Positions 1-10,978 of a DNA stretch of 64,000 bases are shown here, piece after piece (position 1 is the stretch's first letter; each line of letters opens with the position of its first letter). The DNA comes from Hydrolagus affinis. Lineage: Eukaryota. The DNA lies in assembly GCA_012026655.1 (NCBI GenBank), contig JAAILG010000949.1, positions 1 to 64,000 on the forward strand, written 5' to 3'. Position numbers and translations under genes: made by a program. The notes beneath the pieces were generated by a model. It had not been told where the DNA came from, ran no database searches, and was given only the letters and a program-made list of their open reading frames with translations.

Positions 1-243
1 TGGAATACAATAAAAACAATAGAATAGTGATGAGGGGGAACTTAAACTATCAGAGGGGGAACAATTTATAAAATGTGTCCAGGAGAACTTTCCTGATCAG
101 TATGTCTCCAGCCCAACGAGAAGGAAACAAGGCTGGATCTAGTGCTGGGGAATGAAGTGGGGCAAATGGAGCGGGTATCAGTGGGAGAGCATCTGAATAG
201 CAGTGATCACAATATCATTAGGTTTTGAGTAATTATGGAAAGG
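1..243 (+). mobile_element. CR1 LINE ORF2 endonuclease-domain remnant
   Basis: Degenerate translation ...CVQENFPDQYVSSPTR..LDLVLGNEVGQMERVSVGEHLNSSDHNIIRF matches the C-terminal part of the CR1 APE-like endonuclease (LDL...SDH motif); frameshifted. Confidence 0.85.
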
Positions 244-244
244 A

Positions 245-445
245 CACGTGGTGGGTGAATGCAGCAGCCAATTTGCACACAGCTTTATCCTACAAACAGA
301 CAAGAAGTAAATGAACAATTTGATTTGGGGGATTGTTGGCCAGGACCCAGAAATAAATTTCCTTTTCTTTTTCAATAGCTCCATAGGATCTTTAACGTTC
401 ACCTGAATAGGCAGATGGGACCTTGGTTTCATGTCTAATCTGTTA
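245..445 (-). mobile_element. Deu-domain SINE fragment
   Basis: Reverse complement reads ...AACCAAGGTCCCATCTGCC...GTGAACGTTAAAGATCCTATGG...TCCTGGCCAACAATCCCC, the Deu core shared with the copies at 46661 and 61166. Confidence 0.8.
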
Positions 446-769
446 TTCAAATACTGTAAAGGATTATTATACAATATTGGAACTGTTCACAATTAATTAG
501 ATATTACAAAGAGGGTTAATATACTGCAGGGAAGCAGCTTTGGGCCATAGGGCTTTTGCCCTGATTTCCTATGTTCTTAGATTGCCTTTGATCTTGATGG
601 CAGCTCATGAATATTTAGGAGTCGATATGCTGATTGTTTCAAAAATCTGAAATTTGCAGATAACAGTGGGAGGAAATATATGTACTTATACTGCATATTT
701 GAAAAATAGTGTTTTAAAAATACAGTGTTTTCACTGAGGTCATTGTGAAATCATATACCTCAAGAGTTT

Positions 770-900
770 TACAAAAGATTACGGTATTCCCTAGTTGGGA
801 AATCAGTAACTAGGGTGCATAAACTCAAAATGCAAGCCTTATGGGGATGTTAGAAGATACTTTATTACAGAGAGCATTATTACATATTGGAATGCTCTAC
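770..900 (+). mobile_element. Old CR1 3' ORF2 fragment
   Basis: ttccctagttgggaaatcagtaactagggtgcataaactcaaa...tggaatgctctac resembles the LFP..GES.TRGH.LK...WNALP end of CR1 ORF2 seen at 33150-33280. Confidence 0.6.
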
Positions 901-994
901 TCTCCAATCCTACAATTACACCATTTGTGGCCGAGTCTTCAGCCTCATATCCTTATCCACTGGAACAATCTTCAAAACACACTTTGTCTCCCCC

Positions 995-1222
995 CTGACT
1001 TGATATTGAACTGAGGCCCTGCCAGTCTGGTCAGCTGGATTAAAAATCTTGTGGTACTGTTCAAAAAGAGAAGAGGGATTTTCTTGGTGTGTCCTGGTGA
1101 ACAATTCCTTGAATAAAATTAATTGTTTATTCACTTCATGCCTGTTTGTGAGATATTGTTGTGCACAACACTGCTGCATTCATCCACACAAATAAATAGT
1201 CAATGCACTTTACGGTACTGTT
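995..1222 (+). mobile_element. Deu-domain SINE fragment
   Basis: aactgaggccctgcc...ttaaaaatcttgtggtactgttcaaaaagagaagaggg...tgtcctgg...gtttgtgagatattgttgtgcacaa aligns by eye to the other Deu SINE copies. Confidence 0.7.
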
Positions 1223-1879
1223 TAAAAAAAAGTTGAGTCTTGTAATCCATCCTCTCAATGGTTTGAAGGTCTTGATTTGCAAATAGTTGATTTTTATAGG
1301 GCTGTCAATACTTTCAGCCCCACTGATAATCCTGTGTTGGTTCCTTTACACTCAATGAGGTGTCCGTGTCAAGCTGAACAGCCTGTAATTTCCAGCCTAG
1401 CCTTCTCTTTGACATCACATTGGCACTTTTTCTGTTTTCCCATGTTATCTCCCTTTCCCAGGAACAAGGGAATTGTTAGCTGGATTATCTCCCAATTCTT
1501 TATTCAGTCTGTCTGCTTCTCTCAGATGTGTCCCATCAAGGGCGATCGCTATATGAATCTTCAATTGCTAAGGTTTATTAATAATGGTTTCCTTGCTGAC
1601 CTCTATTATAAAACGCCCTGTCAAATCCCCCGACAGCTCAGTTAGTGGATTAGAGATAACAGTGCAGCTCATCTGAATACTGATAAGAACAAGTCATTTG
1701 AAATTTAGGCTTCTATTCAGCAACTCTTTACTCTGATTGGAGAGAAGATGCATGCTCCTTTGTGATATCCCTATCAAAATAGTCTCTGAATATCCTCAAT
1801 TTGGCAAGTTTCACTTTGCTTTGTAATGTGCCTTTCTCAGATAACAATAATCCTTGTGGTTTTCTAACACCGATAACAA

Positions 1880-2120
1880 CAAGAACAAGAGGTGGAGCTG
1901 GGAGCTAAGGGGAAGGGTAGGGATGGCTTTGTGGGAAATGGTGCTCAGCTTCATGTGGGTTTATGGTGGTGATGAGAGAGGAGGGGAGGATAGATTTGAT
2001 GGTGTGGAGGGAGGGATGTGTGTGTGCGGGGAGATGGGGAGGGGATATTGGTCAGAAGGGCAGGTTGCAGCTAATCGGATCCCCTCAACTTTGGTTTCAA
2101 GGAAGTTGATAATGAAGTCA
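1880..2120 (-). mobile_element. L2 LINE ORF2 internal fragment
   Basis: ORF 1961..2155 contains FINFLETKVEGIRLA followed by a P/S-rich stretch, typical of the L2 EN-RT linker (F..FF..KI..IR). Confidence 0.5.
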
Positions 2121-4039
2121 AAATAAAATAACAATCCCTGCATTTGATATAGCAACGTATTACTTCACAATGTCTCGAAGCACGTGACAGAGTTTAAAGT
2201 GCAGTGACTGTGTGTTTGATTGACAAATGCAGCAACCAATTTCTCACTGCACAGAGGAGAAGGGAAAAGGAGTCAAAACACCCTTCAGAGGATGGGAGAG
2301 GAGACAAATGGTGAGAATTGCCATTGAATATTTGATATTTTCTTGTATCAATTGAAATTCCAATATCCCCTAGTTCTATCTACTCTTTCATTGCCTGCCT
2401 CTAAGTTACTCAAGCCAGCTTGTTATTTTGTGCTGGATTGGCTTCCCTGTAATTAGCTGATACTGTCACATTCCCAACCCAAACTGGTTCTTCTGATCAC
2501 TCCCTGCATCAGACATCTGCCCTGTTGATGAACATCAACACACGATTACTCCTAGATTCAAGCTACGGTCTCATCCACGAGCAATTTAAAAACAGATGAG
2601 AATCATAAGACTCAATAGACTCAGATCATGCCCTTTGATTCAGAGAACCCCGCCTACCTTCTCTTCTCATTCTAGAAACATCTACCAGTTACGTCGTACA
2701 TTTCAATACTTGAACTGGTTTGCACCGATTTAGGCCTTTATCTCAGATCTTGAATATTCTTTAAATTTGGCCCAACTTCAATTCGTATTGTCAACTGTGC
2801 AACAGAATAAGCAATGCCCATGTAAGGATATAATGATCCTAGGCTTGAAATTCCACCCAGTCTCAGCTAGTAGCACCATTTTATCTTAAAATATAAGATC
2901 GGACAGATATGTAGGAAAGGCTTAAGTTTAGAAGTTGGTTTTCCAGAGTTCTTAAAAAAAACAGCAGCTTACAAATTAAGAGTGAATTTAAGAACTTTCA
3001 CACAATTATACAACATCTTAAATTTAAATTCAAAAATGGCCTACAGGCTCACAATAGGTGGAATTTTGGTTTTCTCTATTCATGAGAGAAAGATCAGAGA
3101 ACTAATAATCCTAGAACTACCCTAATCTACTCAGCCTCCACAGCTTCCCTCCTACAACTCAGTATCTATTTTGAAATCGAAGCACAACTACACTCAGTAC
3201 TCATACTGCAAGTGTGAATGAAAGTGATTTAGGGTTCTGGATGCACGATTGGTGTATTGATCTGCAGGGAATAAGGTCACAGAGCTCTCCGATGTTCCTA
3301 GCAGCCTGATAGCAGACACATTAATGGCCAACAATACAGTACAGGATGGTGGATTATCCATTAGAATACAATTTACACTTGTACAGTACCTTTCATGTCA
3401 GGAGGCCATCCCACAGTACCCACGCGCCGTCACGCAGACAGAAAGCTTAGTGGTACATTCTGGTTTGTGCGAGACAAGCAGACTGCAGTGCTGAAGATAG
3501 TGTGAATTGCTGGCTGAGCATCAAAGGACATATAAAGTGCCATAAATTATACATTTAAAGTCTGTGTTCTGTCTATATTGAACATGTATGGTGAACTAGA
3601 GGAACAGTAAAAATAGTTGGTTTTACAGTATATCAGTAAACTGGGTACTTTAATACTGACCACACATTTTACTGTGTGAAGCAGTCATTGTTCCAGAAGA
3701 GCTTCCTCTCAGATCTTGTATATGTTCTTTTAGGTTGTAATAATTTATTTTCCTCTTGTTCTTTTGTCATTTTCCTTCAACAGGGGAACCGTCTGATACC
3801 TGACCTGAGTGACAATTATTGTTGTAAAGACCACAAGAGTAAATTTTAACTTATTGTGTGTGTGTATGCGTGTGTAGACATTACAGGATGTCCTCGCTCT
3901 CTAGAAGGGACAGTGATCCGGAGCCCTGGCTGATTCCCATTGCCTAATCCAAAGGCAACAACCCTTCATGTATCAGAGGAGCTGGCAGAGGTCAAAGTTA
4001 CACAGTCAACTACAGCAACAAACCCAATAAGTTTGATGA

Positions 4040-4420
4040 TATTTTATAACCTTCAAAGCCCTCCATGGCCTTGCTCTGTGACCTTCTAATTCCCTAACAA
4101 GCTGTCCATCCCTCCGCTTGGTGGGCTCCAACTTGTTCCACATCTACCGACTTGCCACGCTCCCTCCCACCCCACCATTGGCAGATGGGCCTTCAGCCTC
4201 TCTGTCCCACTGTCTGGAATTCCATCCCATAGTTCCTCCACCTCGCCCCCTCCCTTGCCTCCTGCAAGACTCTCTCCTCTTCAACAGAGTCACCCTCCTA
4301 CCCTACGCTCCCCGCCATCACCCCTACTGATCCAACCCACCAGCTTGCACGTGGATCACTGACTGTCCAGCGCTTTGGGACATCCTCCTGATGTAAAAAG
4401 CGTTATACAAATGTGATTCA
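4040..4420 (+). mobile_element. L2 LINE 3' end
   Basis: accttcaaagccctccatggccttgc...gggccttcagc...tggaattccatccc...agcgctttgggacatcctcctgatgtaaaaagcgttatacaaatgt; same layout as the other L2 3' ends here. Confidence 0.85.
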
Positions 4421-5619
4421 ACGATTTATATGGAATGTGTTCAAATGGGTTGAAATCTCCATGTTTTAGCTTTTTGATGCATTCCAAGATTATCAATACA
4501 CATTATGAAGTAATGTGAGGCATTGAGCTCAATGTTTCCAGTCACAGGAACACCCTCTGCAACTCAATTCCTTCCTGAAATTCTGCTTTATGAAGATATT
4601 TATATTTTTAGTGTGAATGAGTCACAGTGCTAGACAAGCACCAGGTCAAATCATTTAAATAGACTTACTTTTTGTCTGTTTGTTCAGGCTCCCGGGTTGT
4701 GAAGGGAATTGAATATCAGTTCCTGTAGCTGTAAGCATTTTAAAAATGAAAGAAATTTTAAATAAACCAAAACCTGTTTGCTAACCTGTACACAGACGAC
4801 CTGCCCAAGTAATGCTCCTGATTTCTTGTAGCCTAATTATTTTTATGCTTTTCTGAGACCGGCATGAGTTTACCTGTGAAAATCATACAATTCTGTTAAT
4901 AGCTCAACAAATATCAGATGGGAGAGAACAGAACTTGGGGAGTCGAGTGAAAATTGATGCTTGTTCAAGCTTGTTTTTTGCCCAATCTGGCAGACTGGAG
5001 CATGTCACTTACTTTGAAGAACTATCTCAGGTGATTGTAAAATGTAATACAGTCAAAGCAGAGGTGATGGGTCATTCTATTCTCAGTGTGTCAGTCTCAC
5101 AGAAGCAAATATATTGTACTGAATTCCCAGGACCTTTCCTGTTTAGGAGATCTGAACTCGCACGCAATTTGTTGATACCATCAATAATAATAAAAATAAT
5201 TGATTAATTGAAAATCATTAATGTTGAAATATCTCAGAGGTTTCCCAGGTCGTTTCTGGCATATGGTGACTGCATAATGCCAATGCAGACAATGCAAACA
5301 GCATTGACCCAGCCATGGAATGAATCACCAGGTTATTTGGAGCCTTGACTGTGAGTTTACAGCCCTGATGCGTGCCTTGAATCCACAGCCTTGTAGAGAA
5401 GTCAACCCTGATCACAGCTCTCAGACGGCTGCTTCTTTGCTTCAGAGCTGCTAAAAGGTTAACTGAATTTGTGAGACAGTTACGTGCGAATCAGGACTAA
5501 ACGCTGGGGGTGGGATAGTGCAGCTGCTGAACTGCACCTCTTGTAAAACCGTTTATATGTTTCTTACACATACTTCATCGCATGTTCCCACACATTTATG
5601 TTCAGCAGTGCATTTGGCA

Positions 5620-5760
5620 GAGAGCATACCCCCAGTGATCTTGTGTTAGGTCTGGGTAATGGTTCCAAAAATGGACATTGTGAAGGTGACTGAAAGCATG
5701 GTCAAAGAGGAAGGTTTTCAGGCGGGACTTGAAAAGGTGGAAAGGGGGCAGACAATTGGA
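5620..5760 (-). mobile_element. L2 3' fragment
   Basis: Minus-strand translation FKSRLKTFLFDHAF is the canonical L2 ORF2 C-terminus. Confidence 0.75.
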
Positions 5761-5812
5761 AAATTTGCTGGGGAACCACCATCCCTCAGCCCCCATTGTC
5801 TCCCCCAACATT

Positions 5813-6120
5813 GTCCTGTAGCGTATTGGTTAGTACACTCGCCTCACAAGTCAGAGAACCCAGGGTTAATTCCTAGGCAGGGGAAAACCTTAGTCAAGTA
5901 TCCTTGCTCTTCACTCCTCTGTTTACCAAGAAGTAGGAACCCACCCACCTACACACAATGGGGCACTGCTGTGTGCAATTGGCTGCTGTGTTTCACCCAC
6001 AAAATACACAGTCAATCTACTTTAGAGTATATTCTGTGAAGCACTTCAAAATGTTTCAGCAAGATCCCAACTGGTTAATGATAAGGTGCTATATCAAACG
6101 CAAGGATTAATATTATTATT
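5813..6120 (+). mobile_element. tRNA-derived SINE, long subfamily
   Basis: Head gtcctgtagcgtattggttagtacactcgcctcacaag, central ctctgtttacc...gtaggaacc block, tail tatatcaaacgcaaggatta(TTA)n. Confidence 0.9.
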
Positions 6121-6839
6121 CCCACCCCCACCCTCACACAACCCCCATTCCTCTCCAATAATCTGTTACCTTTTTCGTGTCATGTCATTTCCAATTTCAA
6201 TGACATCACAACCCACAGCGTGCGAATGTTTCCTTTTGGCAAATGTAGTCAAAGCGCGCCTTAATCATTGCGGCTAATTACAGGTCCCAGCAAGCCATCA
6301 AATGGTTTCCCTTCATTACACACATTTTGTCATCCCTCAGCATGTCATTAGAGTGTGTAACTGCTGCCAGAAGCTGGCTGCTGTGTGCGACTGACTGTGT
6401 GACTCATTAACACGTGCAGCACCAGCCACATGACCAGGCAAACCACCCAGCGGTTATTCACTGGAGCTGGGCTGGGAGTGTCCCTGTTGCCTATCACTCT
6501 GATTATATCCTCCAGCATTTTTCGCTGCATTCCCCCATTGCAGCCCAGCAAATCCCAAGGACTGAAATCCCAGTTCAACAAGATCCCAATTGGTTAGTCC
6601 AGCCTACTGCTGAATTCCAAATAAGTGCCACAAACAATTCTCTTTCTAATTATTCTTTCTTGCCCGCAGACTCTGTGTGTTTTCTGAAGCCACTGACTGT
6701 GCTGGGGTATATTTCCATCCATTAGCTCATCTAACTCTAGGAGGCGAGACAGTGCTGGCGTTTCTCCATGTGAATCTAATCTGCCGCCCACATACTTAAC
6801 CGGACCAAACACTGTACCCACAACTCACCAGCTCTGACC

Positions 6840-7310
6840 AGGTGCCACTGGATCCCCATCACCAAACGGATCAACTTCAAAATCTTCACACTTGTGTTCA
6901 AATCCCTTCACTTTCTGGCACCTCCATACCTCTCCGACCTCCTGACTGCTCAACTGACACCGGCCTCCTGCTCCTCCCTTGTACCCTCCACTCCATCATC
7001 GGAGGTAGCACTTTCAGCCATTACACCTAGAAACTCTGGAACACTCTCTCTCAAACCCTCCACCTTGACCCCTCTCTCAAGTTCCGCCTGAAAACCTTCC
7101 TCTTCGACCATGCTTACGGCTACCTACGATCCTTTTACTTGTTTTAGCACCTCACTTTCTAGCATCCCTCCAATCTCTCCTTAAAAATCCTCATCTATCT
7201 TCCCCTGCAAATCCTCCTTCACTTTCCTCCCTCATATCTCCACACTCCTTTCTTCCCTCTGCATCTGTTCTGAATGCCTCAACATCTTAGGTGACTTTAA
7301 CCTCCAATTT
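6840..7310 (+). mobile_element. L2 3' ORF2 fragment followed by an endonuclease-like piece
   Basis: Translates HW.PITKRINFKI.TLVFKSLHFLAPPYLSDLL ... RLKTFLFDHAY; at about 7275-7305 LNILGDFNL (the GDFN endonuclease motif). Confidence 0.75.
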
Positions 7311-7375
7311 TACTACCACCTTGCTTATATTAACTGACTCAGTAGATCAAACTTTCCTACCATACTGGGCACTAC

Positions 7376-7540
7376 CACAACAAATTACATTTTCACATCA
7401 GGAGGATGTCCCAAGGCGCTAGAGAGCCAGGATTTTGGATCCAAGCTGGATGTTGGGATCAGGAGGAGGTAAGGGCAGGGAGGATAGTTTGAGAGGGTGA
7501 CCAAAGGTCAGGTCGAAAAGGAGGGTCTTACAACCTTTAC
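7376..7540 (-). mobile_element. L2 3' tail
   Basis: acaacaaattacattttcacatcaggaggatgtcccaaggcgct is the reverse complement of the L2 tail; ggtcgaaaaggagggtctta encodes the KTLLFD end. Confidence 0.75.
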
Positions 7541-7574
7541 CAAGTGAGCCATTGGACAGTAGATTGTTACATAA

Positions 7575-7645
7575 ATTAAATGGCGGGGCAGGCTAGAGGG
7601 GCTGAATGGCCTACTCCTGCTCCTACCTCCTGTATTCTTATGTTC
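7575..7645 (+). mobile_element. CR1 3' UTR tail
   Basis: gctagaggggctgaatggcctactcctgctcct...ttcttatgttc, the CR1 terminal hairpin plus microsatellite. Confidence 0.65.
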
Positions 7646-7699
7646 CCATATACACTGACTTACCTTCCAGTACCTCACCAAGGGGCCTGTGTGAACCTG

Positions 7700-7850
7700 C
7701 ATTGTGCATCACAACTATTCCAACAAGCAGGGAGATGCCACAGCCAAGACAATCTGGTCCTCACTTGATGTCCACACACACACCTTCTAGTAAGATGGGA
7801 AACTCTCAGGCACAAAAGACAATGTTGTCCTCAACTGCTGCCCGAGCTAA
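7700..7850 (-). mobile_element. Old SINE-like family C fragment
   Basis: Reverse complement gtgtgtgtggacatcaagtgaggaccagattgtcttggctgtggcatc matches 39720-39770 (+) and 58770-58815 (-). Confidence 0.55.
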
Positions 7851-7879
7851 AATCAGTAATAACACAGATTTTGTATTAA

Positions 7880-8110
7880 ATAACAACAGTAATAGCTTGC
7901 ACTTATCGTGCCCTTCAATCAGGGCAACAGCTCACAACGTTTAACAATGATGATGGAGATGAGGATTGGGGGGTGGTAGGGGAGGGGTGATGTTGTGGGG
8001 GGAGTGGTGTTGGCGGGTGGGGGGGATGTGGGGGAAGTGACTGTAAGCGCAATTGAAAAGGAAGGTTTTAAGACAGGACTTGAAAAAAGGGAGAGAGAGA
8101 GAGGGCTTGG
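7880..8110 (-). mobile_element. L2 3' end
   Basis: Minus translation FKSCLKTFLFNCAY followed by a C-rich UTR and an L2-type tail. Confidence 0.7.
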
Positions 8111-9149
8111 CGGAGGGATTGAGGGACACTGTTCTAAAGTTTCAGGATTTAGTGGCTTAAAGCACAATCCCAATGACTTGGTGGAGGGTGCCAGGGACAA
8201 GTGGTGCCAGTCGAGCAGAGGCGCCGGCTGGTGGATTAGGGACCAGAAGGTTGCAGGTTTAACCTTCTGGTCTGTACAAACCAGTCCTACAGCAGGTGCT
8301 GTAATTACCCACTGAGCCATCAGAGCAAACAGGTTGGGCAGTTTCAGCTCTGCACTGGCTGAGAGGAGTTTCCACTGTAAAACAAAATTGATGGTTTCTT
8401 TAATTCTGTGGTATTCAGGGTAATTGGCCACCTTACCCTGGCAGTATATTGCTGCCCTTTGCCACAGAGCCCAAGGCTATGCTGGTGGGAAGATTTTGCC
8501 AAATAAATATTTCAGAGACAATTGTGAAGAAAAACTGTTAACGTCCCAGCTGTGTTTACACAAGTGGGAAGAGCCGTATTACTGGGCAGCGATCGTACAA
8601 TGGATCATCTTTAGCTGCTATTTGTTGACTAATTACACAAGCAATTCACCTGCTGTTTAATTTATACAAACGTCAATCTGAGCAACAGCCATATTCCCTT
8701 CCTCCGCGCTTCTTCTCTGACCTTTGTGGCTCACAGTGAGCGCCGAGCTAGACACAGTATCCAGCCGCACCGCGCCGAGCTCCTGGGGATCAATCTGCAT
8801 AAAAGAACATTGAGTGCTCAGCAGCCCACCTTGAAGAGCAGGCACTGAGACATCCCGAGATGGTTGCAGTGAGAGTGTAGCCGGCAGTGAGACGGGCCCT
8901 CCTGTGGACTTGCTTGGCACGGAGCTGTGCTGTCTGGCTGTGTGGAGATGAGGTAATGTCTGAGTTTGCTGCCAAGCTGCAGAACCAGTCAGCCACTCCC
9001 GGTTCCTTGCACTTCTCCAGAAAGTGTGCTCAGGCAATCGTCCAGATGTTTCCATCTTTAAACAAGTCAGTTCCTGAGGCCGCTCTGCAGAGACCAATCA
9101 CACAGCAACCCTGACATCGACGTTACTCGTTCCAATCAAGTGTCAATTT

Positions 9150-9480
9150 GGCACCTTTTTCCAATCTGGTGCCTGGGTCAAAAGGTTGTGGGTTCAAGCT
9201 CAAAAGCAAGACTTGAGCTCATGTTCCACACTGGTACTCCAGTGCAGTATTGGGTGGAAAGCACTGCATTGCCCGAGTTGCTGTCCTTTGAATAAGTCTG
9301 ATGGGCTGAGTGCTTGTTCTTTGGGTGAATGCTAATGATCCCGTGACACTGGAAAAAAGAGAAGTGCGTTTCTCCTGGTCTTCTGACCAATAAACCTGCG
9401 TATACATCATATGGGATTTTATTTATTGTGCACAAATGGCTGCAGTTTTTAAGTTACAAACAGTCACTACACTAAACAGT
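9150..9480 (+). mobile_element. Deu-domain SINE, degraded
   Basis: gggtcaaaaggttgtgggttcaagc head, actccagtgcagtattg...gcactgcattg body, taatgatcccgtgacactggaaaaaagag Deu core. Confidence 0.75.
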
Positions 9481-10289
9481 GTCTTTCACGTAAAGAGATA
9501 ATGTGTATTATCGAGCAAGGAGGGGATTGTTTGAGGTTGTTACCCAAAGAGATAGGTTTTAAAGAATGCTTTGAAATTCAAATAGAAATACAAATTCTTT
9601 CAAATACCATAATTCAGAAAGGATAACAATTTATTCCATCTGCGCAATTCAAATGAAGGTAATTTGCAAACACAACTCACGACTGTAGTTTATATAACAG
9701 CTTGGCACAAACTCCTTGGTTTAAATATTGCACATTATTCTGTTTCTATAACTGTCTAGTTTATTAGAATATTGTCTAAAATACCCCACACTGTTTACAA
9801 ATCATATCTCATTGTGTTTGTAAAATGCAATCTGTAGTTTATACAGGTTAGAATAAATTTACATGTTACTTGCACATCACAGAATATGTCCAAATGCTTA
9901 ACTATTGCAGTCATGTAAAGCAGGGAACAAGCAGGGATATAAGAGATTTAAAGATATCGAACAAAGTTATGATTGAAGAGATATGTTTTTGATAGGCAGG
10001 AAGAGAGGCAAAGGGAGTGGCTTTAGAAGAGAACAGAGGACAAAGCCACTGAGTCACTGAGGAAGCCCCGTTGGCCTATTTAATCTCATCCTGAGTGAAT
10101 CCCACCAGAATCCTTTCTTTCCTATCTGGTGAACAATGAAAGCAGTGCACTAACCAATCAGTGTCTCACCATTTCCAGCCTGTGAGAGCTGCCACACAAA
10201 GTTTCTACTTGGCCAACCAGTCTGGCCGAGTGTCTACATACTCCTTACTCGCTTTCACACCTTTCCATTCCGCTCTCCCTCATGTGAAG

Positions 10290-10410
10290 GTCTATCTTAC
10301 TCTTGAATGTGTCTACATTATCTGATTCAACCACCACTGCAATCAGCAAGTTCCACAATCTCACTACTCTCTCCATGAAGTAGTTCCTCCTAAATTCTGT
10401 TTTCGACCCC
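10290..10410 (-). mobile_element. Old CR1 3' fragment
   Basis: Reverse complement gives aggaggaactacttcatggagagagtagtgagattgtggaacttgc...gtggtggttgaatcagataatg (RRNYF.ERVVRLWN). Confidence 0.6.
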
Positions 10411-10415
10411 ACTAG

Positions 10416-10818
10416 GAGTTCTATAGCTCAGTGGATAGAGCACTCCCCTTGCAAGTGAGAGATCTGGGTTTGATTCTAGGCAGGGCAAAACCTTCGGCAA
10501 GTTTCTTTACTCCACACGCCTGATAATAATCCCTCAAGAAAAAAAAATTGGTCACTTCAATTAACGTCTGCTTGTGGGGTACTGCTGTGCACTCTTGACT
10601 GCCACATTTCACTCAGAAATATACAATCAATTCACTTTATTGACCTGTATATTCGGTGCAGTGCTTTGAGATGTCTAGAAGATGTGAAAAGCACGATATA
10701 AAGTGCAAGGATTATGATTTATTATCTACAATATATTCTGTGAAGCACTTTGAGATGTCCATTAGACATGAAAAGCGCTGTACCAAATGCAAGCATTCTT
10801 ATTATTATCATTATTATT
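10416..10818 (+). mobile_element. tRNA-derived SINE, short subfamily, followed by a second SINE tail
   Basis: gagttctatagctcagtggatagagcactc head, cacgcctgataataatccct junction, tctagaagatgtgaaaagc tail; an extra tail at about 10729-10818 ends in (TTA)n. Confidence 0.9.
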
Positions 10819-10978
10819 GCTCACTATTTTATATTTCTGTCCCTTCATTACAGCCAGTGGAACAATCTATTTATGTTAACTTTATCGAGCAGATAGGATG
10901 CTACTTATAGCCTCCTCAGTACAAATCTTGTTTCCCTGGCAGCATCTCACCAGCAGACTGTGTGGCAATGTGTTAACT

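Noticed and set aside
1277-1645. 122-aa ORF with internal acceptor-like sites
   Set aside because: Non-ATG start, no strong donor and no recognisable homology.
7919-8431. 170-aa minus-strand ORF
   Set aside because: Runs through a SINE head and an L2 3' end with a low-complexity UTR.
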